Assembly: GCF_036321535.1 (NCBI RefSeq)
Contig: NC_087437.1
Span: 11,844,001 to 11,908,000, forward strand
Direction: 5' to 3'
DNA: 64,000 nt
Source of the DNA: Camelus dromedarius
Lineage: Eukaryota
Below are positions 50,322-63,298 of the stretch, one piece after another. The first letter of the stretch is position 1. Each line of letters starts with the position of its first letter. Both the position numbers and the translations under genes were made by a program. Below the pieces are notes generated by a model that saw nothing but the letters and a program-made list of their open reading frames with translations, did no database searches and was not told where the DNA came from.

Positions 50322-50454
50322 CTTATTGCTAAAGAAACATTTTATATTTGAAGAAAAATAATTTTTGACATTAATATTTTCTTCAATTTAATGTTAGGTT
50401 TGTATCTTTCTTTTCTCCCTTCAGGTCATGTAAAACACTACAGTTTTTTCCTTT

Positions 50455-50570
50455 TAAAAATAAAATAGTAAAACTTCTATTAAAATAATAAATTAATTCT
50501 AAATATTCTAAATAAAATTCTAATAAAAAATTCTAAATAAAAAGTCTAATTCTAATAAAATAATAAAATT
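50455..50570. repeat. AT-rich low-complexity tandem repeat (ATTCTA(A)ATAAAA-like)
   Basis: Repeated 'attctaaataaaa' variants. Confidence 0.8.
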
Positions 50571-51988
50571 TCTTCTCTTCCTAAAAACCCAGTTACAACC
50601 CCCTCAAAAAATAAAAAGACTATAGGGAGATTTTAAAATAAAACTAAAGTGAGTTGCAGATATCAGTTCTGTTTTCTGCTACATTTTTGTGGCTACCGTG
50701 GGAAGATTATAAAAGCTTCACGCCTGATTTTGGTGGATAAATTCCCAACAACCTCCTCCCTCAAGGAGTGATCGATATTATGGACAAAAGAGGGGGGTAT
50801 TTCTTCAATATGTCCATTTGATTTTATTTTGTGAGGCAACCACCTTTGTAAACCACACTAACATGTCAGAAATACGACACTGCCTTCAGTTCCCTGCCCT
50901 GTAAAAGATGTGTGGCAAATAAATAAAGAAAGAAAGCCAGGAATGCCCGAGTAAGTCATTTTATTTTTTACGATTCAAGCCCCAAAAGGTCTTGAACTGT
51001 CAGATTTATTGTCTATCCAATTTTATGACTTTTAGTTGTATTTATTCTTTGATGTTTACCATCAACTGTGCCTACATGCCCCGTGGTCTGTGGGATTTCA
51101 GATTGCTAAATCATTGTTTAAGCTTTAGTTGTATTCTATTTAGCATCAATCCCCAGAGACATGCCATTAACATGAATCATTTTTGAAAAGTGTTTGGTGC
51201 AATATGAACTCCTTGTTGAGTCGATCACTCATCGCGATGGAAAGAAATGGTGACCTTCTCAGAAATACCCATCACAGTTAAGTAACCAAGGACGGGACTC
51301 AACGGTCAGGGACTTCTGATTGGGGTGCTCCAGTCGGTTTAATCATCATCCCCAAAGTGAGAGATGGGAGGTCAGTGCAACTTCAGGAGGGAAAAAGGAA
51401 AAGAGAGAGACAGGGGAGGAAAAATGCTAACCCAGACCATAACTATTGTATCAGAGGGTGGGTTTTTATTCCCCCTGCTTCCATGAAGGTGATTTTCATA
51501 GCAGGTGAACTTCAGAGACGATCATCAACACTATTTGAATGCAGTCTTCTCTAAGACTATTTTAAACTCCCAACCATATTTTCTTTTCCAAGAGATTTTA
51601 TGAGGTTACGTTCTCTGATTTCTCATCTTTGCTATGCCTACCTCAACCTGGGTATTTTTTCTCAGTTCAAACACTGTGTTCAACTAATAGAGATTTGAAG
51701 GTCTCGGTACTGACTGAAAAAATCTTCTGAAAGAAATAAGTATAATTACCACCGGAAATAAGTTTTTTCCCTTGGTTTATACTAAGCATTTAGATACTTT
51801 TAAGTTACAAACCAGTGCATTAACGTGTAGATTATTCTGGGAGATTGTTACTCTTTCCCTGCTTATGTTTGGTTAAGTTTGCCCTCCATATCCACCGTTA
51901 TCTCCAAGTTTCATTTCTCCCTTAAATGAATAAATGCAAATACACTCTATACTAAGATTAGAGGACAACATATAAGTACATTCCAAAG

Positions 51989-52198
51989 CAGGGGTCAGAA
52001 AACTGCAACCCCCAGGCCAAATGTGGCTGCTGACTATGTAAATAAAGTTTTATTGGCAACAAGGCACACCCATTCATTTATGTATTGTCTACGCTGCTTT
52101 CATTCTATGGCAACATTTGAGTCGTTGCAAATAGAATATCCCTCAAAGACTAAAACATTTACTCTCTGGTCCTTTCCAGGAAAAGTCTGCTGTTCTAA
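51989..52198 (+). mobile_element. hAT-Charlie MITE, MER58A-like
   Basis: 'caggggtcagaaaact...gtaaataaagttttattgg...cattcatttatgtattgtct...atttactctctggtcctttccaggaaaagt'. Confidence 0.88.
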
Positions 52199-53329
52199 GC
52201 TGTAGCTGTTCAAACCTTATCCTATTAACTGAATAAACAACGCTAATACTTTTATTTACTGGGCTCTTCTCAAACTAGAAGACCCAATTGTTGAGAAAAA
52301 TACTAGCAAATGTTAGGAAAAAGCAGAGGGAGATAATTTCTAACTTCACTTTGGTTTGTTGGTCCTCTGCTTTCAGGCAATCCTGTAGCTGTTATTTTTT
52401 TTTCTCCTATTTAAATACAGTATCTCCAAATGACAAAATATGAAATTTTATCATATGTATATTTTAACTTTTGGAGACAATCCTAGTTCCTCAGTTTTTG
52501 CCTAATTGTTCTGGTATAAACTGAGCATTTAATGTTATTTAATTAAAATACGCCAATTTGTCTAGGAAAATGTAGTCTGTTTTTGTTTTAATCTGTATTT
52601 TTTTTTTTTTTGGATAAATTGTGAGACTGAACATTTTTTCCTATGTTCATTGGTTACTGGTACTTAATACTTTGCGAATTCTCTTCACATCATTTATTTT
52701 TCAAAATAGGCTTTTGCTGAAATTCTTGACTAGACTGGTTATACCCTTTATTTATTATTCCAGTGTGAATATTCCAATTAGAATTCGTACTCCCACCAGT
52801 GTAGCCTCTCATATAAGAGGACATGCCCTGAGCACACAGTATAGCACCTTCTGGGTACCTTACGATTTAAAATATAATGAAGCACCTACACCAGTGGAAA
52901 TCACAAAACAAAGAGCAAGTAAATACATTTAGGAGAGAAAAACATATATTAACAATTAGAATTTTATGTCTTAAAACAGAGGCAGATGTTTCTACTTCAC
53001 TGAAACGATAACAAATTGTATTGACTCTCAAACAAAGAATTTAAAGTTACTTATAATATTTCTTACGGTTTGAACTTTTTTCTTTTTTCTTAAGCTCACC
53101 ATACTTTAGGGTTCGTTTGATTTTTATTTGGCACTATGCAGTGTAATTGAATGAGGCACTCACTTCCAGATGATGGATGCTTATGATTGAGAAGAAGGTG
53201 CTTTCTTTAAATTGTAACTGACTTATGAAGATGAATGGCTTGTTAGCATAAGCAGCTTTATAGCTAGACAATTCTGAGAAAAAGACCAAGAGTAAAATAT
53301 CTAGCAATTCTAGAACATTTGCATAGTAA

Positions 53330-53410
53330 GAGAGAAAGAGAGAAGAGAAAGGGAAAGAGAGAGAAAGAAAGTGTGTGTGTGTGTGTGTGTGTTTGTCTGT
53401 GTGGTGTGTT
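53330..53410. repeat. GA-rich tract followed by (GT)n microsatellite
   Basis: Directly visible. Confidence 0.9.
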
Positions 53411-53686
53411 TCATGGGAGAAGGAAAGGACCATGTAAGTAAACACACACACATACACACACATAATATAGAATGCACTGCTCCAAGATACAAATGCATAC
53501 AGATACTCTCCTGACGTAATGGTGATTTTTATTTTTAATAACCCAAAGTAAAACTGATGGGTGAAGGCAAAGCTCATTTTCTTTGCTAGGCAAAAACAAC
53601 AGTCAGTAGTTTTCTTTGATGGAGGTCACAGAGAGAATTATTCCACGTTGCCAGAGAACAGGGATACAATTCCAAAGGAAAGTGCA

Positions 53687-54181
53687 TGTGGAATTTAGTT
53701 TCCCATGGTGGCCACCACCAGCTCCTTCCTTCTCTGTCTGTGCATGCTGCTCTTCCCCTTGAATCTGGGCTGGACCAGATGAAGTGCAATAGGAGTGACT
53801 TTCTGGGACTTCCCATGCTATGTCATAGTAAGTCTGTTAGCTTCCTCTGGGTCCCTTGGGAAGTTGATCCTAGAGATACTGCCTCTCAGAACCTACTCGT
53901 TATTCTATGAGAAATCCAAGCCTCACAGAGAAGTCACATGTCAGCTCCTGGTTGATAACCTCAACCAACAGCCAACATCAATTGCCAGCCATGGGAGGGA
54001 ACCGTACGGAAGTCCAGTCTAGTTCAGCCTTATGCTCCTGATCAGCCTGCATCCAACTGCAAATTCACAAGAGCTTCCTGGTTGCAACAATTCAACACAT
54101 AGACTTGTAATAGTTAATAATAAATGTTTTAACCCACTATGTGTTGTGGTGGTTTGTAAGGCAACAAAAGAAAACTGACAC
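53687..54181 (+). mobile_element. MaLR LTR (MLT1H/F-like)
   Basis: 'ccccttgaatctgggctgg...cagccaacatcaattgccagccatg...aataaatgttttaacccactatg...aactgacaca'. Confidence 0.8.
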
Positions 54182-54915
54182 ACCATGAAATATTTATAAA
54201 AAGTATCAAGGCAATTATTGCATAGAAAATCTATCAGTAGGAGGAGTGGGTTTAATATATCCCAGACAGAAAATGTATCTGCCTTCCCACCCTCCACCAA
54301 AAAGTTCCTCCCAGACCCAAGAAACGTTCTCCTAATGTTCTCAACAAAGATGGTCAGGACCAGACCCTCAAAGCTGACACTCAAAGCCTGGACTTCAGTT
54401 GCCCCACAGGTATGCATTTCCAGTCAAATTAGTAAATACTAAATGGAATTGGAGCTCACAAGAGTGATTGAGACATTTGATAAAAGATAAAACAGGAAAC
54501 AGACAAAGCAAGAGCTTAAAACAAATATAACAATTAACCTCAAAAATATGAGAGGATATTGGAAATATAAAATAGAAATTAGCCAGCAGAGAAGAAGCAA
54601 CAGAAGGCATGAAATAATTGACCCCAGTAGATGAGGTAAATAGTAACAGTACAAAGAAAGCATCACTGAACTGAAAGATCAGGCCAAAAAGTCAGTCAGA
54701 GCAAAGTGAAAAAAGAGAACAATAAAATGCCAGATTAAGTATAACAGAAATCCCCAAAACAGAGAAAAAATAAAGAGGGAGAAATACATGAAAAACAATT
54801 ATTGAAAATTTCCGAAAGGTGAAGAAAGATACTGGGCAGATGTTAACAGAACTCACAGGAACAACTGAAAAACAAGCAAACAAAATGATGAGCCCTGATA
54901 TAATGTTACAACATA

Positions 54916-54918
<3 letters not shown>

Positions 54919-54965
<47 letters not shown>

Positions 54966-55013
54966 CGCAAGAGCGAGAGCAAGAGAGAGAGGGCGAGAGA
55001 GAGGGCGAGTGAG
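54919..55013. repeat. (GA)n microsatellite with degenerate extension
   Basis: About 21 pure GA units, then GCGC and GAGC variants. Confidence 0.95.
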
Positions 55014-55391
55014 GCCAAGGACATGTGCACAACAGCCATAAGGAACATGTTTCAGACTAGTACCAAGATCTTTGTGGCAACGACTAGATGAAAAAAAAAA
55101 AAAGAAGAATAAAAGGACCAGAATGACAAAGGAGGAATATTTTATCTTGGAGTTTATGACCAGATGATTTATCATTTAAATGCAAAGTCAAAACAGAAAC
55201 ATGCTCGTTTGTAAAATGTCTCATAACGGTCTAGACCCAAAGACCTCCGCTGGAGGAAGATTTCCCAGGCAGCTGCTATACAATATATGCAAAGTAAGGA
55301 TAAGAAAATAATTAGTAAAATTTACTATTTTCTGAAGAGTAAGAAACCAAGCAAAAATATATTCAAAACAATGTGGAATAAAAATCTAGAC

Positions 55392-55581
55392 CACACTGTC
55401 CCATAGAAATCTTTGAGATGATTGAAGTGTTCCCTATGGGTGCCATTTGCAGCTACTGGACCCTTGCAAAGTGATCAGTGTGACTGGAAAACTGATTATT
55501 TTATATATTTCATTTTGATTAACTTAAATTTACAGTTAAATAACCACATGTGGTTAAGGGCTACCATAGTAGACAGGGCAG
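55392..55581. mobile_element. hAT-Charlie MITE, MER3-like
   Basis: 'actgtcccatagaaatcttt...cattttgattaacttaaatttac...ccacatgtggttaagggctaccatagtagacagggcag'. Confidence 0.8.
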
Positions 55582-56189
55582 TTCCATGGTGAGGTTGGGA
55601 CGAACAGAGAGCGTCATGGGTATGAGAGACCAGAGGGAGTTGGCACAAATGAATGTACTTGGTTTAGAAAAGAATATTAGAATCTGATAGGATTAAAAAT
55701 TGATAGGGAAGAATAAAATGTAAGTGTGTATCTTAATAGTTAAGGGTAAATAGGTGAGAACTAAAAGCAGAATGACAACTTTTAAACCAACAGATAGAAG
55801 TTCAATCAATTTATATAGAAAATTTTAAAAAAGAAGATGAAGAAACAAGAACGCATGGTAAATAGAAAAATTAAATAGACTGTCAAAAAAGCCCCACAAT
55901 TACAAATTATTATGAATATTATGAATATAAAAGTTCAACCCACCATTTAGAGAGAAATATTCTGACTACATTAAAAAAATCACCAATATGCTGCCCATAA
56001 GAGGCATATTTAAACAATAATATTAAGAAGGTTTAAAAACAAAGTGATAGAGAATGTAGATGGACAAGTATAAATCTAAAGTAACCTGGCGTAGTAATTT
56101 TAATATTAGAAAATATAGAATTTAATATTAAAATCATGTAAGTGGAAGAGGGATATTAAGAGAAAAAATCACAGATCAAGAAGTTACAA

Positions 56190-57496
56190 CTGTTGTCAAT
56201 AATCAGAATGGGGAAAGGACAGTCTCTTCAACAAATAGTGCTGGGAAAACCAGATATCCACAAGCAAAAGAATGAAACTGGACACTTATCTTGAACCACA
56301 CACAGAATCAACTCAAAATGGTTTAAGACTTAAAATAAAGACCCGAGCTAAAACTCCTAGAAGAAAACACGGGGAAAACTTCATGATATTGGTCTTTGCA
56401 ATAAGTTAAGGGCTATAACATCAGAAGCACAGGCAACAAAAGCAAAAAAAAAAAAAAAAAAAAAAAATAGACAAGTGGGACTCCAACAGACAAAAAAACT
56501 GCTACTCAGCAAAGACAGCAGTCAACAGAGTGAAAGGGGAACCTGCAGAATGGGAGAAAATATTGGCAAGTCATATCTGAAAGGGGGCTAATTTCCGAAA
56601 TATATAGGAACTCCTACAACTCAAAAAAAAAAAACAAAAAAAACTAACAACCTGAGTTTTCAAATGGGCAAAGAACTTGTGTATACATTTCCCCAAAGAA
56701 GATATACAAATGGCCAACAGATTAATGAAAAAGATATTCAATGCCACTAATAATCAGGGAAATGCAAATCACAACCATGATGAAATATCACCCTACACCT
56801 CTTAGGTTGGCTATTATCCAAAAAAAAAAAAAAAAAAAAAAAAGGCAAGTGTTTCTGAGGATGTGAAGAAAAGGCAACAGCGTACTCTCTTGGTGGGAAT
56901 GTCAAATGATACAGCTGGTATGGATAACAGTATAGAAGTCCCTCAAAAATTTAAAAACAGAAGTGCCATATGATTCAGCAATTCCACTCCTGGGTATTTA
57001 TCCAAAAGAATTGAAATTATGATCTTGAAGAGATACTTGCACTCCCAAGTTCTTTGCAGCACTGTTCATCATAGCCAAGATGTGGAAACAACCTAAATGT
57101 CCAAGGACAGATGAATGGATAAAGAAAATGTGATACAATGGCATATAATTCAGCCTTAAAAAAGAAAGAAGTTCTGCAACATACATGAGCTTTGAGGACA
57201 TTATGCTAAGAGAAGGAAGGCAGTCACAGACAAACTGTGTCACTCCCCTCAAAGGAGCTATCTGTAATAGTCAGACTAATAGAAGCAGAGACCAGAACAG
57301 TGGTCGGCCTGAGGAGGGGGAATCAGGGAGTTTCTAATCAGTGGGTATAAGGTTTCAGTGATGTAAGACGAGTCAGTTCTAGAGATCTTCTGTACAACAT
57401 TGTACCTATATTGTAAAATATTGTATTATACACTTAAAAATCTGTTAGGAGGGTAGAACTCACCTTAACTCTTCTAACTGAAATAAAATGCGAATA
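56190..57496 (+). mobile_element. L1 3' portion (L1MA/MB-like) inserted into the older L1, with 9-bp TSD
   Basis: 'gaatggggaaaggacagtctcttcaacaaatagtgctgggaaaac...'. TSD AAGTTACAA at 56181-56189 and 57497-57505. Confidence 0.9.
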
Positions 57497-57567
57497 AAGT
57501 TACAAGAATCATAATGAAAGTACATACTGTGGCTTTGAAATACAAAAAGCAACAAATAATAACACTT

Positions 57568-58615
57568 CAGTAATAACCACACCTAACACCCAGATCTCGA
57601 TTTTTAACGTTATTCCCAATGAGAGCAACTAGGGCCCTTGCGGGAATGACTTATTCTAGGACTGGGGCAGGAAATACACAAGATGAGCTTAGAGCATCTT
57701 GCAGTACCAGAAAGTGCTAAAAAAAAATACCCCAAATGAAGAAACAAAAAGCCACCCATGTTGATGTGACAAGAGCCTCCAATGGCCAAAGAGGGAACAA
57801 CTCAAACAGCAAAAGCAAATGGAGCAATACTGGATTATTATCCAACGTATGAAATAAATATCCATGAGTCAATACTGATATAAACAAATGAATGACTAAG
57901 TTAATAAAAGGAGGAGAAGGAATACCTCTTCCATGGAGAACAATTCCAATTAATTTCTGTAGAAATCCTGTCTCAAAGGAGATGGAATATAACTCCCCAC
58001 TCCTTAAGTGTGAGATGCACATAGTAACTTTCTTCCAAAGAGCACCGTATGGAAAGAGAGGAGGAAGAATAACTCTAGGGTGGAGAAACCCAACAAACAC
58101 CGCTTCAGCAAGGTGATCAAGGTCACTATCAATAGTCATGAATCATGTTGACATGATGTGATGAAAATGTCACTTTACTCCAAAACACCCATAACCAACC
58201 CCTGACTAATGAGGCAAGTTCCAAGAGAGGAACGCCCTACAAATGGCACCTGGCCAGTTACATCTCAAAACCGTCAAAGTCATAAAAAAATAAGGTAAAT
58301 CTGAGAAACAGTTACAGCCCAGAGGAGGCTAAGGAGACTTGAGAATAAATGTAATGTGGTGTCCTGGATGGGATCCTGAAACAGGAAAAACAGAACAAAA
58401 CATTAAGTAAAAACTAAGGGAAGCTGAATACACTATTTGGTTAATGATAATGTAGCAATATTGTATTGGTTCATTAATTATAACAAATATACCATACTGA
58501 TGTTAAGATGTTAATTACAGGGGAACCCATGTGCAAGAGTATATGGGAGCTCTCTGTACTGTCTTATTAAGTTTTCTGTAAATCTAAAGCTGTTTCTAAA
58601 ACATAAAGTCTATTG
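57568..58615 (+). mobile_element. L1MC/MD-like 3'UTR
   Basis: 'ttctaggactggggcaggaaata...taactccccactccttaagtgtg...tggatgggatcctgaaacag...ttttctgtaaatctaaa'. Confidence 0.85.
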
Positions 58616-58899
58616 GAGAAAGCAACAAATAACAGGATAACAGACACGCAAAGAGGTAAAAAATTTATTCTGAGAATATTAAAACACTGAAGGAACTGAT
58701 AGATCAGATCAACAGACACTAACCAACAAAAATATGCAGAATAAAAAGAGAATGTGCATTCTTTAATGAGCACACACTGAGTGTTTGTAAAAATGTGGTC
58801 TTGTGCTGGGCCACAAGGGGTCATTCTCTAAATGCTGGCACCTTCAAACCACCTCCTCCTTGTGTGTTCTCCATCCCTGCATGACTTCATCTACTTCCG

Positions 58900-59105
58900 G
58901 TTTTCTTTAAATATGTGCTGATGCTGTGCAGGTGAGGGGGGGTCTCTCCTAAACCCCGGATCTGTATACCTGCAGCCGATTTAATATCTACACTGATTTT
59001 TCTAATAGACATTTGTAAACATGGCATGTCCCCAGACCAAACATCTCCTTTTCCCCACTGCCAGTAAATGACAACACCACCCTTCCAACTGTTCAGGCAA
59101 AAAGG
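58900..59105 (+). mobile_element. L2 fragment (continues at about 60405-60642)
   Basis: 'ctaatagacatttgtaaacatggcatgtcc...cagtaaatgacaacaccacc', and downstream 'cacagcagctgaagtgattttctaaa...cagagtaaagccc'. Confidence 0.7.
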
Positions 59106-60877
59106 ACAACAAAATAAAACATAAAAGAAACAAATGGAAACCCCTTTACCTTTCATGCTGTAGGCCCTAACTTCAAATTATCAATGGCATGCTGGGGTTT
59201 AACACCAAAGTGGATTTTTTTTCTTTTTTAACTTCCCTTCATCTATGTAACAAAATTGTTTTCAGTAATGGCCATGAAGTAAAAAGGTAATAATAATCAT
59301 AAATTTAAAAAAATAATCATGGCCAGAAAAGAAACACAGTGATTATTTCATTAAACTTTATGTGTAAAATTATTCCAGAAAAAGTAAATATTATGTCAAA
59401 AAATAAAGAATTAAAAAAAATTACAATACAAAAAGTAATGCATTACTACTACTTGATTTACTATTTTTATAGAAAAAAATGCAAAGAACTTATGCCTTTA
59501 TATTTGTTTTTTGCATGAAGGAATTTTTTGAGTTTCAACTTCTGCAAAATTGTCAATGACTTCAACAAAATTAATTTTCTTCAGATATTCAGATATGTCA
59601 ATCTCCCTTCATAGTTGATCAAAGAATACTTTATAAATGTAAATTACATGAATTAATAAATGCAGAAATGGTCACAAAATTCTTAAAGATAAAATCTCAT
59701 CTCACAATAAAATGCAGACATTTTAAACACAAAAACTTAAGTGGCCATACTGAATGACTGAATTGAAGTCATTCACGTTCTGTTTCTTCATTTTCACAAT
59801 CACTGAGCTATTGTTTATTTTCAATCTGCAGTTGAACTGCAGGGATCATCTGAATGCCCCCTCCCGCACCTCCACGCATTCACCACTCCCCCCACCACGC
59901 GTTTCCCCACACTCAGCCCCTTCTGAGTTGGAGCCAGGAACTGAGCCTGAGTGACCAGAGGTGACTCCCAAACACTGTACAAATGCTTTCTCAAAACCAG
60001 TCTAGGCATCTGAGTTCATCTGTGTGTGTCGAAGGTCGACTGTGTGAGGGTTCTCTCAAATAACTTCTATCTGGCACATAGTGTTTATTAAAGGATAAGA
60101 AAAAAAAATACACTCAAATGAAGCTCATGTGCCTATTATTAAAACTCCACAGGATCTATGGTAATTGGTTAGAACTTAGAACAATAGAATGTCTTCTTTC
60201 CGGAGGAGTATCTTATCACTGGCATGGTTTATAATTGCAGGCTCACAGCGACAACAGAAAGCAGACCAACTTTTAGTCAATTTCAAAATCATTTAAAAAT
60301 TTTCTACAGACAGTTCCCTACCTTATTGCCTGTACCTGGAGCAGATGGCTTCCCCTTACCACTTGGAATGCTGCTGGTACAAATTACACAATTTATAGAT
60401 ACCTAGGCTCCCACCTTTCTCCACCTCTAATACTGCCAGCTCAGTCCAGGAAGCCATCATTCTTACCTGAATTATTGGAACTGCCTCAGAGCTTTATAAG
60501 TGGACTCATTGCTTAAGCCTTTTCCTTCTCCCTCGTCTCTTCTGAACACAGCAGCTGAAGTGATTTTCTAAATGGAAGTTAGATCAGTCATCCCTCTACT
60601 GAAACCCTCAAACGGCATTGCATCTCATCCAGAGTAAAGCCCAATAAAAAGACAAGCCACAAACGAGGAGAAAACAGTTCAAATCAAATATCAGATAAAG
60701 GACTTGTATCCTAAACATATATAAAGGATTCTTAGAATTCTACCACAAGAAAACAAACAATCCAGTACAGAAGAGGCAAAAGGCTTGGACAGACACCTCA
60801 CCAAAGAGGATATACAAATAGCAAACAGCAAATGAAAAGATGCCCAAACTCATCAGTCACTACAGAAATGAGAATTT

Positions 60878-61516
60878 GGGGAACTATATTCAATAGCTTG
60901 TAGTAACCTATAATGAAAAAGAATATATGTATATATGTAGTGAGGCGGGAAGCCCCATAAAAATACTGGCAGGACCCCCAAGCAGGGCCACTACTCTCCT
61001 GCCGGCACCATCCGGTTCCCTGGCCCAGAGGCTGTATCTCACTTTTTGCCTTTGAAACAGCTTGCTTACACCTAAAATTCTATTGGTTCCCTGAGCTCAC
61101 TCCTGATTGGTTCATTTCCCTAACTTCTGATTGGTCCACTTGTAGTACTTTGCATGGAGCTCACTCCTGATTGGTTATTTCTCTCACTCCTGATTGGTCC
61201 ATTTCTACAAAGCTTGTTCTTAATTAGTTAACTTTCCTTATACCTCATTTACATATGATGTTGCAAAGTGTAAACTGGCAGTCTATAAAAGCTGGTGTAA
61301 ACCTACCCATGGAGTACAGAGCTCAGAGTGTTAACTCCGCTGGGCCCACTGGCATAATAAACCTGAGTTCTCCAACTCTCTGAGTGCTGTGGGGATCCAG
61401 GTTGCTGTCACAACTGAGCTGTAACACATTTTTCTGCAACATTTCAACTGAATGACTACGCTGTACATCAGAAACTAACACAACACTGTAAATCAACTAT
61501 ACCTCAATTAAAAAAG
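60878..61516 (+). mobile_element. Short young L1 tail, split by an LTR
   Basis: 'gggaactatattcaatagcttgtagtaacctataatgaaaaagaa' and 'actgaatgactacgctgtacatcagaaactaacacaacactgtaaatcaactatacctcaattaaaaaa'. Approximate TSD agaaatgagaattt / agaaataagattt. Confidence 0.85.
60936..61441 (+). mobile_element. ERV solo LTR with tandem CCAAT boxes
   Basis: TG...CA termini, five ATTGG boxes, TATAAAA at 61284-61290 and AATAAA at 61356-61361. Confidence 0.85.
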
Positions 61517-62444
61517 AAATAAGATTTAAACTTGTAATGTGATACTACTCAACACCCATTAGAATCTGGGTGCCATCCTTAGTGCAACAAGGATGTGGAA
61601 CACCTGGAATTCTGGTGGGGGTGCAAAAGGGCACAACCATTCTGGAAAATACTTTGACAGTTTCTTAAAAAGTTACACCATTTGACCCAGGCATTCCACT
61701 CCCAATTATTTACCCAAGAGAAATGACAACATATTTGCATACAAAGACTACTGCATGAATGTTCACAGCAGTTTTATTTATATGAGCCAAAAACTGGAAG
61801 CAACTCAAATGTCTACCAGGAAGCAAATAGATAAGCAAATTATAGTTTATTTCTATGATGGAATATTACTCAGCAATTGAAAAAGAATACACTACTGAAA
61901 CATAACAATATGGATGAACCACAAAATAATTATGCAGAGTGAAAAAGTCACAAAAAAGAGAGAACATATTGAATGATCTCATTTGTGTAAAATTCTAGAA
62001 AATATAAACTAATCTCTAGTGACAGAAAACAAATCAGTGATTGTCTGGCTACAGGGAAGGCCTCCCATGCAGTGTCTCTTCTCTCTTCTGGGTCTGCACT
62101 AATGGCATAACGCAACCACTGCCACTTCTGTTGCTGCTGTTAATATCACCAGTCTGGGCCCAGCTGACCTTGGGCCCCTGCAACACCCCAAACCGCCCCA
62201 AGCACACAGCTGTGTGTGCACCATAGACATGGGCCTGAGTGCACCCTTGTGTGGCCAGACCACAGATGATGCTTCTGCTACTGTTGGGTGTCTCTCTTCT
62301 GCTCACCTGCATGCTTCATTGTCCCATCTGACTTCACCTACACAACACAAGTGCAAAAAAAATAGAGTACTTCAAGATGGTGATAGGAGAGCATTAAACC
62401 GAGTGTGCTGCCCTTCTCTGTTACAGGAGGTGTATGCCCACGAG

Positions 62445-62925
62445 GCCATCCTGGATGTTGTGATGTGAGGAAAATAGATTCATCGTGCACTCTTGTGGAA
62501 GAATCAATTAGTGCGCCCATCCTGGAGAGGACCTGGTGTTACTTAGTCAGACGGAGATGTTCAACAACCCAGTAATTCCACCTTGCGAATATAACCAGGA
62601 AACGTCTTCTCCAGGCCCACAAAAGGACATGTATGAGGATGCTTATTGGAGCACTGAACGTATATCAGTGAACAGGAAGGGAGGCATTAACCCCCAAGGA
62701 ATGAGTGAATGAGTGACTGAATGACAGCAAGCTATCATCTGTAGCATGAGAGATGCTGTGGAGCAATTAGAAGCAATGAACCAGCTCAGTTGTTCTCACC
62801 TTGGCTACTCACCTGAGCACCTTATAAAGATTCCTGATGCCCTGTACTTGAATTAATTAGCCTTGGGTGGGGACTGTTACCATGTAAATACTCTCCAGGT
62901 GATTTCAGGGTTGAAAATCATTGAG
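62445..62925 (+). mobile_element. Old L1ME-like fragment followed by a MER5-family MITE (about 62788-62925)
   Basis: 'aacccagtaattccacctt...ggacatgtatgaggatgcttattggagcactg', then 'cagttgttctcaccttggc...ctccaggtgattt...gggttgaaaatcattg'. Confidence 0.6.
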
Positions 62926-63044
62926 TAAGATGGGCATACAGTAATACACATACGTATGTTAGAAATGAAAATACATCTTATATATTTTACATTCTTAAAA
63001 AATATATAACAAACAGGGTATATATAAATCAAGAACACATATAT

Positions 63045-63298
63045 AGACAGAGAGCTGGGAGACCAGAAGAGGGCGTTCTCATGCCTTGTGACAAGAGCAG
63101 AGCCCAGCAGGAAGAGGAAAGACTCCTCTTTTCCTGGCAAGGACTCAACCAATGAAGCACCACGGCTTTGTTTACTACAGCCCCTCCAGCTTCCTTTTCC
63201 TCTCTATAAAAGCTTTCTCCTTCCCTTGCCCTCAGAACTTGCAGTTGGCTCACTATAGTTGCAGACCCTAATCAACATATGTTTATTTTGGGTCAATA
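63045..63298 (+). mobile_element. Short, internally deleted ERV1-like LTR
   Basis: CCAAT ('caaccaatga'), TATA ('ctctataaaagc') and an LTR-like end 'ttttgggtcaata'. Confidence 0.65.

Larger units (their letters stand above)
54430..56189 (+). mobile_element. Old, highly degraded L1/HAL1-like segment (ORF1 to ORF2 start)
   Basis: A-rich, ORF1-like 'atcactgaactgaaagat...attgaaaattttccgaaa' and EN-like 'ccaatatgctgcccataagaggca'. Confidence 0.55.
60645..62055 (+). mobile_element. Old L1 3' region, host of nested insertions at about 60878-61515
   Basis: 'agataaaggacttgtatcc...cctcaccaaagaggatatac' resumes as 'atttgacccaggcattccactccc...tttacccaagagaaatga'. Confidence 0.85.

Noticed and set aside
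54692..55175. ORFs with RE/LS repeats
   Set aside because: They are translations of the (GA)n microsatellite.
59200..59800. AT-rich stretch possibly derived from a hAT transposase remnant
   Set aside because: Similarity is too weak to support by eye and needs a Dfam search.
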